Shown: piece by piece, positions 25,781 through 39,035 of the stretch
Numbering within the stretch: position 1 is the stretch's first letter
How the letters are laid out: each line of letters opens with the position of its first letter
Assembly (NCBI RefSeq): GCF_036321535.1
Contig: NC_087447.1
Coordinates: 47,680,001 to 47,744,000, forward strand
Reading direction: 5' to 3'
From: Camelus dromedarius
Lineage: Eukaryota
DNA length: 64,000 nt
Position numbers and translations under genes: made by a program
The notes under the pieces: generated by a model
What the model was told of the DNA's origin: nothing
Seen by the model: the letters and a program-made list of their open reading frames with translations, nothing else
The model's database searches: none

Positions 25781-27943
25781 CTATCTACCTCAAAAAATAG
25801 ATTGTTGCAATAATCAAATTGAAACAGCACATGAAAAGTACCTGATATGTATACTATAGGTACCCAGTAAAGGTCTCGTAGCAATATTCAATCTTTCATT
25901 CATTCAATAAATATTTACTGAGAAATAAGAAAGTGATTATTGTCACAACCACATAAATTTTGCCCTGAAATAACTCTGGCAAGTAATTTTTTAAATACTT
26001 ACCAACTCACTGACCACTTATTTGATGTTGAGACTTTTCTTATACAGTACTATTATAGGGTCAATCAATTATAGGTTAATTCTAACATGAAAATTCAATT
26101 CAGTGGGTCATTATGTACAAGAAATATCAACATTATGTTACACATAAGTTTAGAAAAAAGAAAAACAAAAATATCTCATCACAGGTTGAATATAGATGAT
26201 TAATAAGATTAGTCAACATAGCAGTGTATACATTATGAGGACAAAAACTTCCTAAATGAGTCATGCAGTTAATTATTAAGGAAAATGAATGAAGCAGGAC
26301 TGGTTAGCATTTCAAAGTCTTAGATATTTCTTCTTCTTTTGCTGACTTTAAATGATTGATTATTCTACATAAGTGAAATGGACTCCTAGAAAACATCAGA
26401 CAAAACTTAATTTATAATTTACAGGATGAATACAAATCATTTTGAAGTTTCTTTTTAAATTCTCACATCCCTAATTAATATTCATGAGGATAATTTCACA
26501 AAAGCAGTTACAAAACTATGCCAGAGGGGACATGGAAATATATAGCTGTGCCAGCAGAAGAGGCAGGAAATCTCTCTCTTCCCAAAATGGAAGATTTAAG
26601 TTGAACACAAACATTTCCTAAATAATAGTTTCATAATATGTTAATAAAATTATTCATTACTCAGAAATAACTCTATGAAGAAACAGATAATAATGTTGCA
26701 CAAAGACGGAGTTCATTTGTTCTGGACAGGTGGCCAGTCTGCAGCTCTGTGTCAGCAGCCCAAACCCACCCACAATAGCCCTAAAGACGATTATGCAAAT
26801 GCCAGCCAACCGGCTATTTTCCCAGGAAGAGGAGAAGGGCTCCTAGTAGAAGCTATCATTGTTCCGCAGTCATGTGGAAAAACAAGCAAATTTTTTTTTT
26901 CCTAGAGGCATAGTGCTTTCATTAAGGGCACCACCACAGAACATGTGAGATATAAAAACATACATCATGAAAAGACACAGAAGAACCTTAAGTGCATATT
27001 ACTAAGTGAAAGAAGCCACCCTGAAAAGGCTACATACTATATGCATGTGTGTGGGGCGGGGAGGGTAATCAGGAAGGTTGTGTATGTGTGTGTTTGTGTT
27101 TGATGTGTATTTCTCAAGTAGCATACACAGCTTACTCTATCCTCTTCCCCAAGCTTTCTTGGCTGAGTAGCTCTGCCTTCTTATCAATACTAAGTCTCTT
27201 CAGTTGGCTATACCTTCCCTTGTTAAAAAATATATATATACAGAAATGTATTAACTTTTGACTACTGCACCTTACAGGCATGAGATAAATATTGTTTAGC
27301 AAAGCTGGAATAAGAACCATTCTTATTGCAATATCATAAAGCATTTTTCTTTTTCATCTAGAGGCATAATGAAACAGGCTGAAGATAGAAATCCATCAGA
27401 TTTGAAGGACAACAGTGTCAAAGAAACATTGTTCCCTAGCATTTAATTAATGCTATGTTATTAAAATTTGGGGGGGTTGTTTTTTATTTTAAATAAAGTC
27501 ACCAGATTCCTTCATTTCTAAATGGCAATTTCAAAGTTACCTGCTCTGAAACCAGATTTTACAATTTTCTCTGAAATTAAAGTTATTTCAAATATTATTG
27601 CTGTTTAATTTTTTATTCTACAGGATTCCAAAATATTTTTTCTTTTTCTTACCTCTCTTGCCCTACTCACTCCTCAATTCCCTCTTCTGTATGACAAAGT
27701 GACATCACCTGTTTTATTTAGTAAAGAGCACAAGAAGATGCTACTATTTTGTCTATCTACATAGAACTCAACAATTTTCTAGAACTCATGTTATGCTAGA
27801 AAATGTGACCAAGTCCTTCCACCCTAAATTTACTTAGCGGAAGATTTTTCACAAAATGCTTAGAATCAGATTATGGTATTATTCATAGATGTCAGATATT
27901 TTAAAATGAGACATTACAAAATTTTAAATGTTTAAGAATATAT

Positions 27944-28160
27944 GGAGGGAGGGACAAATTAGAGGTATGGGATTAACAGATACAGACTACTATATGTAAA
28001 ATAGATAAGCAACAAGGATATACTGCATAGCACAGGGAATTACACCCATTACCTTGTAATAACTTATAATGGAATATAATCTGCAATAATACTGAATCAC
28101 TATGCTGTACACCTGAAACTAACACAATATTATAAATCAATTATATTTCAATTAAAAGAA
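27944..28160 (+). mobile_element. Short lineage-type L1 3'UTR insertion
   Basis: gggattaacagatacagactactatatgtaaaatagataagcaacaagg...cacctgaaactaacacaatatt; same family as 897-1470. Confidence 0.88.
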
Positions 28161-28567
28161 AATACACGTACTCTTAGGATTAAACCAACCATAAGTAGAT
28201 AACTTCTTTAACTTCAACAGTGTTACTGATGTGAGATTTAATATAAATGTCACTGTCCATGAAACAAAGTAACATTCAAAACTCTTTTTAAAATGATTTA
28301 GCTCCAGTTTTGAAGTGATCCAGTTTTCTTCTGATAAACTCTCACAAAGTACTTTGATTATGTCTCTTTAGAGCATGTATCATATCCTTACTTTAACATA
28401 TTCATTCATTCATTCACTCATTCATTAATTCCTTGACTCTGAATTCAAATAGATAAGTCACAGTTCCTCCTCTCAAGGAACAAACATTCTAGTGAGAGAA
28501 ATATTTAACTCTTTAAAGATGTTTTGAATATACTCTGATGTAGGTATAGAGTAGACAAAAACTGAGT

Positions 28568-29722
28568 GTGGTAGACTCTATTTACTGCTCAAAAACATCC
28601 CCTACCACTCTACTAGGATGGCTAAAGTTTAAAAAAGAAAAAGGCAGTTAACACCAAGTGTTAGTGAAAATGGTACAGCCATTTTGTACCATTTGGAAAC
28701 AGTCTGGCAGTCTGGCAGTCTGGCAGTCTGGCAGTTCCTAAAAATGTTAAACACAGAGTTACTAAATGACCCAGGAATTCCATTCCTAACTGCATACTCA
28801 AGAGAACTGAAAACATATTTCACTTAAAAACTTGTACATGAATGTTCATAGCAGCATTATTCATGATAGCCCCAAAATGAAAACAATCCAAATGCCTTCA
28901 ACCAATGAATAAATAAAATGTGATACATCATAGCTATATCCATTCAATGGGTTATTATTTAGTAATAAAAAGGAATGAAGTATGGATACATGTACAAAAT
29001 GGATGAACCTTGAAAACAGTATGCTAGGTAAAAGAAGGCAGTCACAAAAGACTACATATTATAAGATTCCATTTAAATGAAATGTCTGGAATAGGCAAAT
29101 CCATAAAAAACAGAAAATAAATTGGTGGTTGCCCAGGGCTGGGGAGGCTGCTGGGGAAACAGGGAGTGACTGCTAATGAGTACAGGGCTTCTTTTTAAGG
29201 TAGTAAAAATGTTCCAGAAATTGCCTGTGGTAATGGTTGCACAACTCTGTGAATATACCAAACACCTCTGAACTGTACACTTTAAAAGGGTGAACTGTGT
29301 AGTATGTGAATTATATCTCAATAAGGCTGTTATTAAACAAATATATATTGGGAGGGGTTCCTCCTGCCCCTCTCTAAGAAAGCACTATACTTTCCCATAC
29401 CAGTGACATCAGATTTGGCCATGCTACTGCTCTGGCTGATGAAATGTGAGTAGAAATGATATATTACACTTCTTCCAAGCAGAAGCTTTAAGAATTAGGA
29501 CATGGTTTGCTATACCCTCTTTTCCATTTACGAATACTCCAGATAGAGGTCATTTCATCAGACTGAGCCCCAGAGTGAAGCTATGACAAGCAATGTGGGG
29601 GTGAGCTATTGCTAACACTCAACAGATTTATAAAGTAAGCAAAATATAAACCTTTGCTATTATAATCCACTGAGATTTTAGGTTTGTTCTTCACCACAGT
29701 CTTGCCTAAAGTGTATACTATA
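28568..29722 (+). mobile_element. MLT1-type LTR split by an L1MB/ME 3' insertion (~28605-29340)
   Basis: LTR start tgtggtagact at 28568. L1 text gacccaggaattccattcct...tgtgaattatatctcaataa. LTR resumes ggccatg...gaaatgtgagtagaaatg...ataaacctttgctatt. A (cagtctgg)4 slippage lies inside the L1 at ~28700-28735. Confidence 0.7.
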
Positions 29723-30204
29723 CCTGTTACATTTTATGGTAATATGAAGCCATAATAATTATCAAGATATTTTAAAATATTATTTATTTAACTTATCTTT
29801 TTATTTTCAATTTTGTGCATGTTTACAATATGCATAATGTGTTAGTCTGGGCAGACAATTAAAAAAATTTGGAAAATATTTCTCTTGATTGCTGAGGACC
29901 TATACCTAATCTATTATTCTCTCAGACTCATGGTATAAATTTTCCAGTGTTGTTCTGACAGTGGCACCTCAGGGTATACAGTAGGGGCTTAATAAACATG
30001 CCTCAACTGAAAAAATATTCTTCCAGATGTCAATAACAATACATAATAATCAGATCAGGAAAATATATTTCAAACTAACAGGCTAGTTATAAGAGTAGCA
30101 TGAAATAAACCAAGGGGCTAAACAGTAAACAGTAACCATGCTGGGCACATGCCTACACAAAGGAAAACCCTGAGTACAGGTTCCCTCCATAATTTGCACA
30201 GATT

Positions 30205-32050
30205 AATTAATAACCAGAATGGTTAAAATTAAAAAGACTAAAAATATCAAGAGTTGGCAAAGATATGGAGCAACTGGAATGCCCATATGCTATTGCTAGT
30301 AGTGCAAACTGGACAACAACTCTGAAAAACTGTTTGGCCATATCTACTAATGATAAAGAGATGTATACCCTATGATCCAGTAATTCCTTTCCTAGGTATA
30401 TACCCAGCATAAATGTATACAAATTTTCATCTATGGAAATGTTCAAAGCAACACTTTTCATAATTGTCAAAAACTAGAAAAAAACCAAGGGTCTATCAAC
30501 AGAACAGATAAATAAAATGAGGTCATTTATATAATGGGATATGTTTCAGCAATGAGAATAAGTGAAATTTACTTACAACGCTTAACATGTAAGAATCTTA
30601 CACATATAATGTTGACCAAAAGAACACAGACTAAAGAGTATTTACTGTACAATTCCATTTAAATAAGTCCAAAACCAGGCAAGACAAACCTAGCCTTTGA
30701 AGCCAAGTTAATAATTACCTTTTGAGAGGGGTTAGTGACAAGAATGAGCAACAAGAGGCTTCTAGAGTGATAAAATGTTCTAGTACTTCATCTGGGTAGT
30801 GGTTGACTAAAGCTACGTCAAAATCACACTAATGATTGTGCACAGGTATATATGTATACATATTTTAGTAAAGCATAATGTTTAAAAAAAAAACACACTT
30901 TTGAATAACCAATTGGTCCGAGGAAAAATAATAAAATCAGAAAATATCTTTAACTGAATAACAAGTAAACACTACTTAATAAAACCTATAGGATGCTGTC
31001 AATGCAATATTTAGAAACATATCCTTATGTTCAAAAAGAAGAAAGCCTGAGAATCTACAATTCAAGCATTTCTCCATCCTTCAAGAGGTTAGAAAAAGAA
31101 CAGCTGAGTAATGCCAAAGAAAACAGAGGAAAGAAATAAAAGGTAAAAGCAAAAGTGAATCAATAAAAAACATACAATGGAGAAGAACAACAGAGCCAGA
31201 AGTTAATTCCCTGAAGAGCCCAATAAAACTGACAAACCTCCGGTGATACTGTTCAAGAAAAAGAAAAATGAGGCATAAATAATAAAAATTAGGAATGAAA
31301 ACAAAATCATTACCAAAGTTGCATGTAATAAAAGGAAAATTCCAAGTTTTTATGGGTAAATATGTCAATAAATTTGAATATCAGACAGAATAAACAAATT
31401 CATAGGGAAAAAATGTTACTTTACCAAAATTTATATGAGGAAAAAAGGGAGAGATTCAGTCATTTAAAAAAATAAATAAGTAATTAAAAATCTTCCCACA
31501 AAAAAAGTCCCAGGCCCCACAAGGCTTCACCAAAAAGAATTTCCTAATAATGGAGAAAGAAATAATTCCAGTCTTAGAGACATTCTTCAAGAAAAGGAAA
31601 GAGGGGAACATTCTTCAATTCACTTTATGAAGTTTTAATATCAAAATTTGAGAAAGAAAATTATAGTAAATTTCACTCATAAACACATATTAACAAATGG
31701 AATCCAACAATATATAAAAAAGCTAAAACATCAAGCCTAAGTGAGTTTTATCCCAAGAATGCAAACTTGGATTAGCATTAGAAAAATTAATAGTATTTGC
31801 CACCAATTAAAAGTTAAAAATCATATAATCACCTCAATAGATAAAGCAACTGATGAAATCCAACATCCATTCACAACAACCATAAACGGGCATATAAAAA
31901 ATTAACAGCAAGCATTATACTTAATGATGAAAGACTAAAAGATCTTTTGAGACCAGGAACAAAATAAGGATGCTGCAATTACCACTTTCCTTCAACACTG
32001 TATTGGAAGCCCTTTACTGTGTGATAAAGCCAGAAAAAGAAATCAAATGT
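30205..32050 (+). mobile_element. Old L1 fragments: L1ME-like 3' end (~30205-30890) followed by ORF2 fragment (~30890-32050)
   Basis: ccctatgatccagtaattcctttcctagg; gtttttatcccaagaatgcaa; gaccaggaacaaaataaggatgc. Confidence 0.75.
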
Positions 32051-32052
32051 CA

Positions 32053-32740
32053 CAGGTAGTCCTCACTCTACGTAGTTTCAACACACATAAATTTCTGTTA
32101 CTACAGTTTAGTTAAATCACCACTCCCCCAACAACACAGTTTCAATTTCAGTTACCATGGTATATTAAATGTGAGTAACTATATAAAGTAACAGGATTTA
32201 CTGCTAGCTCTTTGGATGACAAATCACTGCAAGTAACAGATGCATATCATGATCAGTGACCAATGACATCGTCTTTGAAAGTCTGTCAGTGATTGATCAT
32301 TGTGCATCTGTCATTCAGTTTACACACAAACAGTAAAAATGTAACTATGTTGCCTCTTTGACTTACAGTGATAAACCCACATGACAGCTTATAAAAATGT
32401 ATAGTCAAAAGAAGGAATTAGCTAACAAAGATCAAAGTGCAGCAAAGAACCAAAAAGTGATAATGCTGGAAGTGAAATTCTAACCAGATATAAATAATTA
32501 CAGAAGAAATAGTTGACTGTGGAAATGTTGATACTGCTGCCATTTTAGAGACTCTAGATATGCAGTCAGAGAGTGAAGGGGAACACACTGACATAAAATG
32601 AAGAAAGTGAGTGTGATGAAAAGAATGGATTTATCCCAGATGAATGCTGCTGGCAAAGAAAATTCACATTACAGGAACTCTCAGAGATATTTCATGACAT
32701 TGAAAGTGCAAAGGATAAATGTTAGAAGCTAATCCATATA
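32053..32740 (+). mobile_element. Tigger (TcMar/pogo) DNA transposon remnant, Tigger6-like, with a decayed transposase C-terminus
   Basis: Begins caggtagtcctcact (Tigger-type TIR). Internal tttcagttaccatgg. The acidic tail translates as ...ELSEIFHDIESAKDK..., as in Tigger transposases. Right TIR not seen. Confidence 0.7.
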
Positions 32741-32774
32741 TACAGTTCACCAAGGGATATGACAAGAAAAAGGC

Positions 32775-34660
32775 AATCACTGATCCTTGGGTGGGGCTTC
32801 CAGTTTCCGGTTCTGCATATAAGGAGCTTATAAGTCATCCACTCTGTCCTGACATCAAGGAAAAAGCTGAAGAGACTGAAAAATCAACAACTTTTCCTGG
32901 ATCCTTTCTTATGGAAGAAAGGGGAAGACACAGAGCAAACTGCTGCTCCCAAGAATGCAGAGATAGACAGACAAATGCAGAGTCATGGCTTACCAGTGCA
33001 GAGACTCATGAGCAGAAACCACCTTGGAAACTCAATCAGAGCCAAAGGGAGCCATAAATACTATCTAAAAAAGACTTTATGCAAAGATCATACAATAAAT
33101 TCATGCTTTGATGCAATGTTCGCTCACCCTACTCAAAATATATACAAATGAGAAATTTAAAAATTGAAAGAGAAAACCAGTAAGACAAAGATAGGCATCA
33201 AAATGAGGTAACCATCTCCCTGGACCAGAAAGCAAAGCTATGATCAGTTAGAAATATATTAGACTCCAGGTTAAAAAGAAAGCAATGTGAGGAGGATTCT
33301 AGGAAGATGGTGTATTAGAAAGTACAAGAATCTGTCTCTCCACCTTTTCAACAATTGCTCTGGCAGAATCTGCTGTAACTATTTTGGGACTCTGGAGACT
33401 GCTGAAGGCTTACAACTTCCAGTGGAACATTTGGATGGGTAAATTGTCAATTTTCAGTCAATTTTATTCCTACTACAATAGTAGCTACCCATTCTCTATT
33501 CCCAGTTGCATGGCAGGCAGCTGTGTACATATTCCTGAAGCAGCTTGCACATAGCTAGCAGGATCCAGGGTGGCAAAAAGGACACTGTATGTCAAATATC
33601 AGCGAACTTTGTTCTTATTGCTGATGGCTGCTTCTGATCACAGAGGTGCAGAAAAAGAGGTAGGCAGTCATTCTGTTCAAGCACCCTCAACACCCTCATT
33701 GCTGAAAGCACCTCCCCCTCCAGATGAAGTGACTTCCAGGAAATTTAAAGGACCAGCACTCTTTCCTTCCTGTCATTTTTCACTTTTTTCCTTTAAGAAG
33801 CCATACATTAAAGACTAAAAAATTCAAAAATAACTGTATACACAGGGAAAATCAGAAAGTGACCATGCATGCACAGAGAAAGGGTCAGAAAAAAATATAA
33901 GAAAATCTTAAGCGACAACCTACAACAATCAAAAACAAAAACGGAATATGAAAACAAATATATGTGTGTATATACATGACTGGGACATTGTGCTGTACAC
34001 TGGAAACTGACACACTGTAACTGACTATATTTCAATTAAAACAAAACAAAACAAAACAAAACAAAAACCCAACAAACCCTGGGGAAGAGGAAGGATCCAA
34101 TTTCCAGAGTTACTACATTGTTAGATTCAAATATCTAGTGTTCAACAACAAAAAAATCAGAGGGCAAACAAAGAAACAAGAAAGTATGGCTCATTCAAAA
34201 AACAGATTAACTGACACTGTTTCTGAAAAAGAACTTAATGGCAGACAATCTAGACAAAGACTTTAAAACAACTGTCTTAAAAATGCTCAAAGAACTAAAG
34301 GAAGATGTGAAGAAAGTCAAGAAAACAATGTGTGAACAAAATGGAAATATCGATCCAGAAATAGAAAGTCTAAAAAGGAACCAAACAAATTCTACAGATA
34401 AAAAGTGTAATAACTGAAATGAGTATTTCATTGACAAGATTCAATGGCAAATTGGGCAGGCAGAAGAAAGATCCAGTGAAACTGAAGGTAGGACAATGAC
34501 AACTGTCAAGTGTGAGGAAAAGAAAGAGAAAAAGATTGAGGAAAATTGAACAGAGCCTAAGGAAACTGTGTGATAACGTCAAGCAGACTAATTATGCACT
34601 GTGGGAATCCCAGAAGGAGGAGAGAAAAGTGCAGAGAGAATATTTGAAGAAATAATATCC
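32775..34660 (+). mobile_element. Old L1 5'UTR fragments (~32775-33055 and ~33290 onward) and ORF1 fragment (~34070-34660)
   Basis: gaggattctaggaagatgg 5'-end motif. ORF1-like gggaatcccagaaggaggagag...atatttgaagaaataat (GIPEGEE...IFEEI). Confidence 0.7.
33915..34068 (+). mobile_element. Very short young L1 3' end with (AAAAC)n tail
   Basis: tgtgctgtacactggaaactgacacactgtaactgactatatttcaattaaaacaaaacaaaac. Confidence 0.75.
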
Positions 34661-34734
34661 GCTATACACTAGAAATTGACACAACATTGTAAACTGATTA
34701 TACTTCAATTAAAAAATAATAATAATGCCTGACA

Positions 34735-35890
34735 GAAGAAATAAAAGCAAAAGTAAACAAATGGGACCTAATTAAACTTAAAAGCTTTTGCTCAACAAAG
34801 GAAACCATCAACAAAATGAAAAGACAACCTGCTAAATGGGAAAAAAATATTTGCAAATGATGCAATCAATGAGGGGTTAATATCCAAAAGATATAAACAG
34901 CTCATACAACTCAACATCAAAAAAAAAAAAAAAACCCAAAGATCCAATCAAAAAATGGGCAGAAGGCTTGACTAGACATTTTTCCAAAGAAGATAGACAG
35001 ATGGCTAACAATTCCATGAAAAGATGCTCAACATTGCTAATTATTAGAAAAGTGCAAATCAAAATCACAGTGAGGTATCACCTCACACCTGCCAGAATGG
35101 CTATCTTCAAAAAGTAAATACAAATAAATGATGGAGAGGAAGTAGAGAAAAGGGAATCCTCACACACTGTTAGTGGGAATGTAAGTTGATGCAGCTACAA
35201 TGGAAGACAGTATGGAGGCTCCTAAAAAAAAACTAAAAATAGAACTACCGTATGATCCAGCAATTCCACTCCTAATTGTATATCCAGAAAAAATGAAAAC
35301 ACTAATTTGGAAAAAAAAATATGTGTACCTCATTGTTCATAGCAGCACTATTTGCAACAGCCAAGACATAGAAGCAACCCAAGTACCCATCAACAGATGA
35401 CTGGGTTAAGAAGATGTGATACATATATGCAGTGGAGTATTACTCAGCCATGAAAAAGGAATGAAATCCTGCCATTTGTAGTAACATGGATGGACTTAGA
35501 GAATATTACGTTTAGTAAAATAAGTCAGAGAAAGACAAATACTATATGATAGTACTTCATATGTGGAATCTTAAAAACAATACAAATGAATGTATATGCA
35601 AAATAGAAACAGACTCACAGATACAGAAAACAAATTTATGGATCCTAAAGGGAAAAGGGAAGGGGGCAGAGACAAATTAGGTGTATAGGATTAACAGATG
35701 CAAACTACTATGCATAAAATAGATAAGCAACAAGAATTTATTGTATAGCACAAGGAATTATACCCAATATCTTGTAATAACCTATAATGGAAAATAACTG
35801 GCAAAAAAACTGAATCACTATGCTGCATGTATACCTAAAACTAACAAAATATTATACATCAAATATACTTCAATAAAAATAAATAGTAAA
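34735..35890 (+). mobile_element. 5'-truncated lineage-type L1 (ORF2 C-terminus + 3'UTR)
   Basis: aaatgggacctaattaaacttaaaagcttttg; ELPYDPAIPLL in the ORF track; tail cttcaataaaaataaa. Similar to the 3' end of 9742-13410. Confidence 0.92.
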
Positions 35891-38269
35891 AATCTAAAAT
35901 TATATTCTGCATATAATTCCGCAATTATGTGTGAGCAGACCCAAATAAGTCCTTAAAATAAGACAGATAGCAAATAATAAAACTAAATATAACAAAGTTC
36001 CCCCCAAAAAGGCAAAACTAGCAAATCTACATGCCTAAGAATATTCATTTATTCATATACTACTGCTTCTTTTAATAGTTTAAATTTTTTTAATCAAACT
36101 ATGTATATCAAGTATTTTGAGAAAAATATTGCAACCTAAGGAGCTCAAAAATAAAATAAATTTAAAACATAAGTATCAACATGAACACAGAAAACAACCC
36201 TCAACTTTCACTCGATAGTTATCCTCATTGTTCTACAGGAGAAGACTGGCAGAATGGAATGCTCCAAGTATACAGTCCACCATTTCAAATAATTTTACAA
36301 ATGCTTCTTTAATAGCAACGGCCAGAAAGGTAACTGTACACAGCTAAATTAACTTTTTTTTTTTAACTTTAATGCTGACTAAATTTCCCCAAAAAACTTC
36401 ACCACATACACACAACACTAACTTCTTAGGTAGTATGCCCAACTCTTAATAAATTTATTTCTTAAAAGAATAAAAATAGCAAAAACTTGAGGTGCGACTG
36501 TGTGATACCACAGGCTTTTCTGACAGGGTGTCCGTGTTTGCTCTGTGTTTGTCCTCAGGCGAGGAGCCACCCCTAAAGTCCACAATCTTTTCCTGCTCTT
36601 TCTCTCCAGCCACAGTAACCTTTTGTATCCTTCCTTCACTAACAGCATTCTGCCAAAGACTACAGGAAGTATATTAATACACAGACCTTGCCTTTAGCAA
36701 TTTCAGTTTGAGTATTGCAAATGATTTTACCAATACCTCAGTGGTTAGCTAACTGCAGTCAAAAGCCAGACTTAATTTTACCCTAATGTTTAATGTTTAG
36801 TGACTCTTACATGGCTCCTGTGTTTTCAGAGGTTCATTTATTCTATTTATATAAATAGAAAGGCAACACATTTATTATTTCTGGAGAATTACAAAGTAAA
36901 TTTCACAAATCATGCTTAAAAACAAAACATTAATACTCTTGTAGGAAGTTGAAAGTAACAAGAAACTTGAAAAAGTTCAGGGCTCAAATCCCTTCAAGTA
37001 TAAATAAGGATATACAGTATTATTTTCTTTCTTCTAACATTCCCCTAAAAATGTATTATAAGTTTAGTTTGCATGTACTTGAGGTACTATTTTTCAAGTT
37101 GCTCTCATATGGTCAATCCCACTTAAATTCTTTTCCTTTATGATATTTTTCTATTGGGATGGCTCACCTGTATGATCTCTAAATCTCACACTCAATTTTT
37201 TTGGCCAATCAGTTCCTTATACAGAGAATGACAGCATACACCATAAATAATAATCCTACAAAGGGCATTCTTTTCAATTGACCATAATGCCACATGAGTG
37301 ACTTTGAAAAGAAATAAGTTAATATATTTAATTGGAAGACAACATGCAACCATAGAATATAAGCTCAGCAAGTGCTAGGACTTTTTATTCTTCTTTTTTG
37401 GGGTAGTGCTATAGCCACAGTACCTAGAATAGTGTTCAATAAATATTTTCTCAACACATGAAAATTGGTATACATTAAAATAAACTAATTTTAAAATAGT
37501 ATTTTATTAAAAAATTAAATACAGTAAAGCCTTCTAGAGCACAGATTCTCATTCATCTTATGGTCTTAAGGAAATATCAACATTTACAAGATTAAGCTCT
37601 AACAGAGATGAACCAAAATATTAAAATATTTAAAAGAATTAAATGTTAATATTAAATATTAAAAAAGAAACCAAAACACCACAACAATATTTTTAAAGAC
37701 TTTTAAAATTGGTAAAATTGATAGAGGAAGTTAAAAATTCAAAGCAGTTTTTCATGTAAATTGTGATTCCACTTCTTTTTAAGGTATGGAACAAATAAAA
37801 GCCAAAACTATAAAACTTCCCAAAAAGGAAGCTTATACTAGTGTCATTACCAAACATTACCCATTAGACAGTTGTTAACATAAATGTTCTGCATACTTTC
37901 AATTTAACAACTAGTAGACTCTCTAAAGGAAATTCCCATAATAAAGATAAATGCTCTAATTTTCTGCTTATTTTTTAAATGTATATAAATGTAACAGTTA
38001 AGAATACACAAGCTTTGATATTTTAAAAAATTTAATGGCTAAACTGAAATGCATACGTTAAAATTAAAAAAAAGCCTCACGGTTTTTTCTCCTTGAATTA
38101 TGCCTGGCCAAGTATTTTTCACGTAACAAATCTTCATTTTTTTAAGAGTACCAGCAAAATGTCACATAGCAAAAAAAAAAAAAAAAAATGATTTGAGATA
38201 ATTTTAAAAACTGATTAATGATAAAAATCTACTATCATTGTTACAGATTCAATCAGGCTTGAAAATCAG

Positions 38270-39035
38270 CATTATCAGTGATGTGCCCTAATCTATCATA
38301 GTCATCAAAACAAATCATAAAACTTTATGAAGCCCAACATCACCTATGTAGTATTTTTGCTAAAAAGTTAACCTAAATCTAATCAAGATGAAAAAATCTG
38401 GACAATTCCAAAATGCTGTCTACAAGACAAATGACCAGATGAGTTAAACAAGTGAAGGAAATTAAGAGGTACAAACTTCCAGTTACAAAATAAATGAGTC
38501 ACAGGGATGAAATGTACAGTGTGGGGAATACAATTAATACTAATATAATTATTTTTAAAAGACAAATGACTAGCCTTCTCAAAAAGTCAATGTCATGAAA
38601 AACAAAAAGGGTGAAAGAAATAGTCTAAATAAAATCGAGAGACACATCCACTAAATGCAATGTGTAAACCTTAAGTGGATCTTGGAAAAACAGCTATAAA
38701 AAACTTTGGGAATAAATGAGGAAATTCGAAAACAAACTACATATTAGATATTATAGAATTATTATTCATTATCTTGGCTATAAAAACTACATTAGTTATT
38801 TTGGAAAGTGCTCTTGTTCTCAGAAGATGCAAAGTGAAGTATATAGATGAGAAGTACCATGATGGCTGCAATTTACTTTCAAATTGTCTGGCTTAGGAAA
38901 AAAAGTGTAGCTATATAATGTAAATGTGGCAAAATGTTAATAATTGGTTAATATAGAGGAAATTGATACTATTCTTCAGTACGTTATTCCTTCAACATTT
39001 CTGCAGATTTAAAATTTTTCCAGGTAAAAAGTTTG
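38270..39035 (+). mobile_element. Old L1ME3-like 3'UTR containing a nested 120-nt L1MA-like insert (38439-38558)
   Basis: ttctcaaaaagtcaatgtcatg...atggctgcaatttactttcaaat. The nested insert is flanked by aagacaaatgac(c/t)ag repeats. Confidence 0.65.

Noticed and set aside
27541..27570. 30-nt microexon candidate on the gene strand (ttaatttcag|AGAAAATTGTAA...GAGCAG|gtaact)
   Set aside because: It has an in-frame TAA at codon 4, a weak pyrimidine tract and no other support.
32719..33057. 112-aa ORF
   Set aside because: It is a chance read-through across the Tigger remnant and L1 5'UTR junction.
33110..33175. Faint resemblance to the U6 snRNA 5' end
   Set aside because: Too few matching positions and no ACAGAGA box; not supportable.
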